Origin: Bdellovibrionota bacterium
GTDB lineage: Bacteria > Bdellovibrionota > UBA1018 > UBA923
Direction of reading: 5' to 3'
NCBI GenBank assembly: GCA_040754655.1
Contig: JBFMCE010000083.1
Location: 1 to 17,190, forward strand
DNA: 17,190 nt
Every line of letters begins with the position of its first letter. Positions within the stretch are counted from its first letter, which is position 1. The notes below the pieces were generated by a model. The model worked only from the letters and a program-made list of their open reading frames with translations. It was not told the origin of the DNA and searched no databases. The position numbers and the translations under genes were made by a program. Positions 14,011 to 17,190 of the stretch are shown piece by piece.

Positions 14011-15438
14011 ATGAGATCACGCATTACTGCAATGCTTTCAGCTTTTGCACTCTTCCTGAACCTTGCCTCGCAGGCCTATGCCATCCAACCTGAATTCAGC
14101 GGATGCAGTTATTCTCAAAACCATCCTTGCCCTGAAAAGCTCATGACCCACAAAGATGGCGAAGCTCATGTCGAAGGTTTTTGCAGGCAAATGGAAATCA
14201 ACGACAGGGCTTGCCATTACACCATGGGTTTGGCTGCGGCTTACACCGCAGTCGCAGCCGCATGTTCAGCGCTCTGCGTGTCGTCGATCTTCACTTTGGG
14301 GCTTTCCGATACTTTCCTCAGCAGCGCCTGCATCGCGGGAAGCATCGCAGCCGGTGTTGCCGACATCGCCGCCGGAATCAAGCTCAACAATGACATGGCT
14401 GAGATGCAAAACAAATACAAAGACGTCGTGCTCAAAGACTTTGGCCTAGCTCCAAGAATCGCAGGTCCTGTGGTGGCGGGAGCGGGCCTTTTCACGGCCT
14501 TTGTTTTTGGTGGCGTAAATGCAACTTCGACTTACGTGACCGGAGCGACAAATGCCATCAAAGTAGGTTCTGCCGCTGGCGGCGCCGCGCAAACCATGGG
14601 CAGCTCGTCTGCAACCACCGTCACCACCGAAGTCAGCTCAAACACCGAAGCACTTGTAGGTTCTTGCGTGACCGCGGCCGCCACCACCGCGGTGGCAAGC
14701 CTCAAATGGGCAGAAGAAACCGTCATCAAAAACCACTCTGAGAAGACCTTTCACCAAATGTGCGATCCGATGAACTCTCAAATCGATTGCCGAAAGCCAA
14801 GTCATTCAGACCTAGCGACTACGCCAAGCAACATCACCGGCAATGGATTGAGCACGGGCGGAACGGCTCCCCCATCTCTCGCAAAACAAGAAGGCCTCTC
14901 ACTTTCTGATCAAAAGAAAATCGATGATGACTTCAATTCCGGCAAAATCGCCCAGAACATGGCGACCTCTGATTTTGGGAAGATCTTCAACAAGTCTCCA
15001 CACGATATTCAAAAAGCCTTGGATGCCTTTAAAAACGGTACAGGCCTTTCGCTGGGCCAATTCGCAAACCAGGTGAAAAAAGGTGGTCTAGGCTCAGCCC
15101 TCGCTCAATTCACAAAAGATGCGCCAGCCTCCTCTCAGGCTGCCGTAAAAGACGCGTTGAAAAAACTTGAGGCTGAGATGAGAGCGCAACATTTAGGGTC
15201 TATTCTAGCGTTTGGCGAATCGTCTTCAAGATCGTCTGCCGGAAAAACTGCCGGCAGCTCGCCATTTGCCGGTCTTTTTCAGGGTTCGAACCGCGAACTC
15301 TCTAGTCTCGCGGGCGGAGCGCAAGATCTCAAGTTTTCAGGATTCAAAGGCGACATCTGGCATGCCGGAAGCACAAAGACGATCTTTGAGATCGTGAGTG
15401 AAAAAACCTCTTCGGTCTCGAATCGTGTCGGACATTGA
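14011..15438 (+). CDS. Exported hypothetical protein (475 aa) with Cys-stapled hydrophobic helices; paralog of the previous gene
   Basis: 7 nt after the previous stop; signal peptide ending QAYA; 'RACH...AYTAVAAACSALC...SSACIAGSIAAGVADI'; C-terminal KTIFEIVSEK. Confidence 0.85.
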   Translation: MRSRITAMLSAFALFLNLASQAYAIQPEFSGCSYSQNHPCPEKLMTHKDGEAHVEGFCRQMEINDRACHYTMGLAAAYTAVAAACSALCVSSIFTLGLSDTFLSSACIAGSIAAGVADIAAGIKLNNDMAEMQNKYKDVVLKDFGLAPRIAGPVVAGAGLFTAFVFGGVNATSTYVTGATNAIKVGSAAGGAAQTMGSSSATTVTTEVSSNTEALVGSCVTAAATTAVASLKWAEETVIKNHSEKTFHQMCDPMNSQIDCRKPSHSDLATTPSNITGNGLSTGGTAPPSLAKQEGLSLSDQKKIDDDFNSGKIAQNMATSDFGKIFNKSPHDIQKALDAFKNGTGLSLGQFANQVKKGGLGSALAQFTKDAPASSQAAVKDALKKLEAEMRAQHLGSILAFGESSSRSSAGKTAGSSPFAGLFQGSNRELSSLAGGAQDLKFSGFKGDIWHAGSTKTIFEIVSEKTSSVSNRVGH

Positions 15439-15515
15439 TAGCGCCAGGGCTCGGGTTGGCTGTACTGGGACAACGTTCCTTAAAAATGCGTTTTGAACGC
15501 TTCTGGCGAAGGCAC

Positions 15516-15544
15516 TTGACCAGGTCGATCGAGCAAGCTAGAAA
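15516..15544 (+). promoter_or_regulatory. Putative sigma70 promoter of the tRNA gene
   Basis: TTGACC-17 nt-TAGAAA, ending 47 nt before the mature tRNA. Confidence 0.45.
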
Positions 15545-15591
15545 TGGCTCTCTGTTTTTGAGATCCTTTCCAATTTAAAGATCATTTTTTT

Positions 15592-15667
15592 GGGCCCGTA
15601 GCTCAGCTGGGAGAGCGCCACAATGGCATTGTGGAGGCCGTCGGTTCGATCCCGATCGGGTCCACCA
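15592..15667 (+). tRNA. tRNA-Ala (anticodon GGC)
   Basis: 76-nt cloverleaf: acceptor GGGCCCG/CGGGTCC with the G3-U70 alanine determinant, anticodon arm CCACA-ATGGCAT-TGTGG, T-loop TTCGATC, encoded CCA. Confidence 0.98.
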
Positions 15668-15712
15668 ATTTTCGATTCGCGCAGAAAGCGTCCTCCGGGC
15701 TGCAAAGAAATA

Positions 15713-16354
15713 ATGATCACAAAGAAGATTGAGCTGCTCATTTTATTTAGCCCCATATTAATAAGACCAACGAGTGCTACGGCAGACATAACCAAACCCA
15801 AAAATGTTGGGCAAAGAGTTTTTTCAGCTAAAAACTACTTCAAAGTTCCAGATGGAACTTCGGTATCCCCATTTTTGAATTCCAAGGACTCACTTAGCGA
15901 TCTGCCTTTTGATCTGCTGAATGGTTTTAGCATTGCTGCAGGGCTTGTTGAGGCAAATTCGAAATCAAAGATTCACCTCATGCCACATGTTCTACAAGTA
16001 ACCTATGTAACCAAGGGTAAATTAAATTGTAAGATGAAAGAACCCTCTGAGAATTCCCCTAAAGAATATTCTTTGGAAGAGGGGCAAGCCATACTCACCC
16101 CTGTTAATACTTTTTTTCAAATAGAAAACGGATCTAATGCACCTGCTCAAGTCCTCTACATTGTAAGCCCCGCTTATGTTTTTGATGCCGACAGTTCGGG
16201 GGTTCTTTATGACGATTCTGTAACCGTTAACGAAGATTGGGTTGATTTAGAGAGGAAGAAGTGGAAAATCACTTCTCTCGGTTATAAATTGCCATCCGAA
16301 AAAGATCGAAAACTTGCGCTAACGCGTATTTCGAAGAAAAAGAACAACAAATAA
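15713..16354 (+). CDS. Cupin-domain protein (213 aa)
   Basis: 'SKSKIHLMPHVLQVTYVTKGKL' and 'LEEGQAILTPVNTFFQIENGSNAPAQVLYIVSP' follow cupin motifs 1 and 2. The ORF-track start 15623 lies inside the tRNA, so ATG 15713 is used. Confidence 0.78.
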   Translation: MITKKIELLILFSPILIRPTSATADITKPKNVGQRVFSAKNYFKVPDGTSVSPFLNSKDSLSDLPFDLLNGFSIAAGLVEANSKSKIHLMPHVLQVTYVTKGKLNCKMKEPSENSPKEYSLEEGQAILTPVNTFFQIENGSNAPAQVLYIVSPAYVFDADSSGVLYDDSVTVNEDWVDLERKKWKITSLGYKLPSEKDRKLALTRISKKKNNK

Positions 16355-16579
16355 TTAGATTGAGAATTCCGCGAAAATCGTCGTCCCCTTCATTTCCTAG
16401 ACCGAGTGCTAAGGCTATTCAGTATGCCTCGAGAAAAAATGTGGATTTTTAGCGACTTATAAAACTACCGTCAAGCTAGAGAGGCTGAACGTGTCAGCCT
16501 CTGTACGTTCCTAGATGGCACGCAGTTTATCTAGAGCGAGATCAGAATCGTGACTTTCTTGGAGTTTTTTTGGATGCAT

Positions 16580-16906
16580 TTAACCCGCTTTTTTCTTCAA
16601 TACTGTCGATTGATAGCGATCTAAATAAAGCTCAACGGCGAGAACAACGAGCTGTTGGTATTTTCTATTATGCCTTTTGGCAATTTCCTTAAGGGATTCT
16701 ATGTCATCCTCAGGCATGCGAATGGCCACAAGCTTCTTGCGTCCTGGCCCTAAAAGTTTGCGTCGATCTACACCTTCCAGGGGTTTCCCTTCCGTAAGTA
16801 CAGCGAGGCTTTCAGGGCTTTCAGGGCTTTCATAAAATCGCGCGGCATTCTCCCAAGACTTTTCTAGTTCATTTGTTTTTTTTGATGAGCTTTTTTTGCC
16901 TTTCAT
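16580..16906 (-). CDS. BrnA/CopG-like ribbon-helix-helix antitoxin
   Basis: C-terminal 'RKKLVAIRMPEDDIESLKEIAKRHNRKYQQLV' RHH pattern with the YQ motif; overlaps the upstream toxin gene; likely ATG 16906. Confidence 0.75.
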   Translation of the reverse strand: MKGKKSSSKKTNELEKSWENAARFYESPESPESLAVLTEGKPLEGVDRRKLLGPGRKKLVAIRMPEDDIESLKEIAKRHNRKYQQLVVLAVELYLDRYQSTVLKKKAG

Positions 16907-17190
16907 AAATTGCTGTCCTTTCCGCATCGGGTTCAAAAGCCGTGATCAAGTTGCGCAAATGTCGGTGTTGATCCCACACTACAAACAGAGTGCGCCCCTG
17001 CTTTGTTTTTCCAATCGTCCACCAACGGCGATAAGGCGGCCACGTGATTTGGTCCAAAGCTGAGGGCGGAACAACGCTTTTATCTTCGAAAACAACCTCC
17101 CAGGCTTCTACTGTCGTGACATCATGCCTTCGGATATGTTTTGCTGCCCAAGCTTGGTTGTCCCACATCTCAATTGAATGTTGGCGAATT
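16869..17190 (-). CDS. BrnT-like (DUF497/RelE-fold) ribonuclease toxin, 5' end probably outside the window
   Basis: 'EMWD...KHIRRHDVTTVEAWEVVF...RRWWTIGKTKQGRTLFVVW...RNLITAF....ER..YE' matches the BrnT pattern. The frame stays open to the window edge (IRQHSIEMWD). Toxin-before-antitoxin order. Confidence 0.8.
   Translation of the reverse strand, partial: IRQHSIEMWDNQAWAAKHIRRHDVTTVEAWEVVFEDKSVVPPSALDQITWPPYRRWWTIGKTKQGRTLFVVWDQHRHLRNLITAFEPDAERTAIYERQKKLIKKNK

Noticed and set aside
15623..15712. Cupin ORF extension and the antisense ORF 15538-15801
   Set aside because: Both overlap the tRNA-Ala gene.
16480..16502. Hairpin AGAGGCTGA-ACGTG-TCAGCCTCT between the convergent cupin and antitoxin genes
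   Set aside because: No U-tract on either strand, so it is not called as a terminator.
16516..16531. TGGCACGCAGTTTATC sigma54-like box
   Set aside because: Good -24 element but the invariant -12 GC is absent and no plus-strand gene follows.
16805..16832. Short tandem repeat GGCTTTCAG
   Set aside because: About 2.5 copies encoding ESPESPES in the antitoxin linker; too short to imply a function.
1..17190. CRISPR array, integrase, transposase or phage genes
   Set aside because: No regularly spaced direct repeats or recognisable mobile-element proteins were seen.

Overview
Bacterial chromosomal window. Protein style (Sec-exported Cys-rich orphans, recurrent RxxAS motifs, C-terminal 'S/T-L/I-F-E-x-V/I-S-x-R/K' tails) suggests a Bdellovibrionota/Oligoflexia-type organism; this is recognition from memory, not a search result. 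Left: a minus-strand operon of a GcvH-like protein lacking the lipoyl lysine, a sensorless histidine kinase with a degenerate GGDEF domain that keeps the RxxD I-site, and a YciB/IspZ-like membrane protein. It lies head-to-head with a type I L-asparaginase. A 370-bp gap holds a 22-bp hairpin, a sigma54-type promoter and an unannotated 28-codon membrane-peptide ORF. Centre: about 12 kb of uncharacterised exported proteins in two divergent operons that share a mirrored 16-bp motif. The minus arm encodes a 177-aa protein and a ~1817-aa protein with an apparently dead zincin domain and ~8 Cys-rich modules. The plus arm encodes three tandem, related proteins with small-residue hydrophobic helices and a shared C-terminal motif, a candidate three-component membrane-inserting system. 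Right: tRNA-Ala(GGC), an AT-rich cupin gene and a BrnT/BrnA-like toxin-antitoxin pair cut by the window edge.
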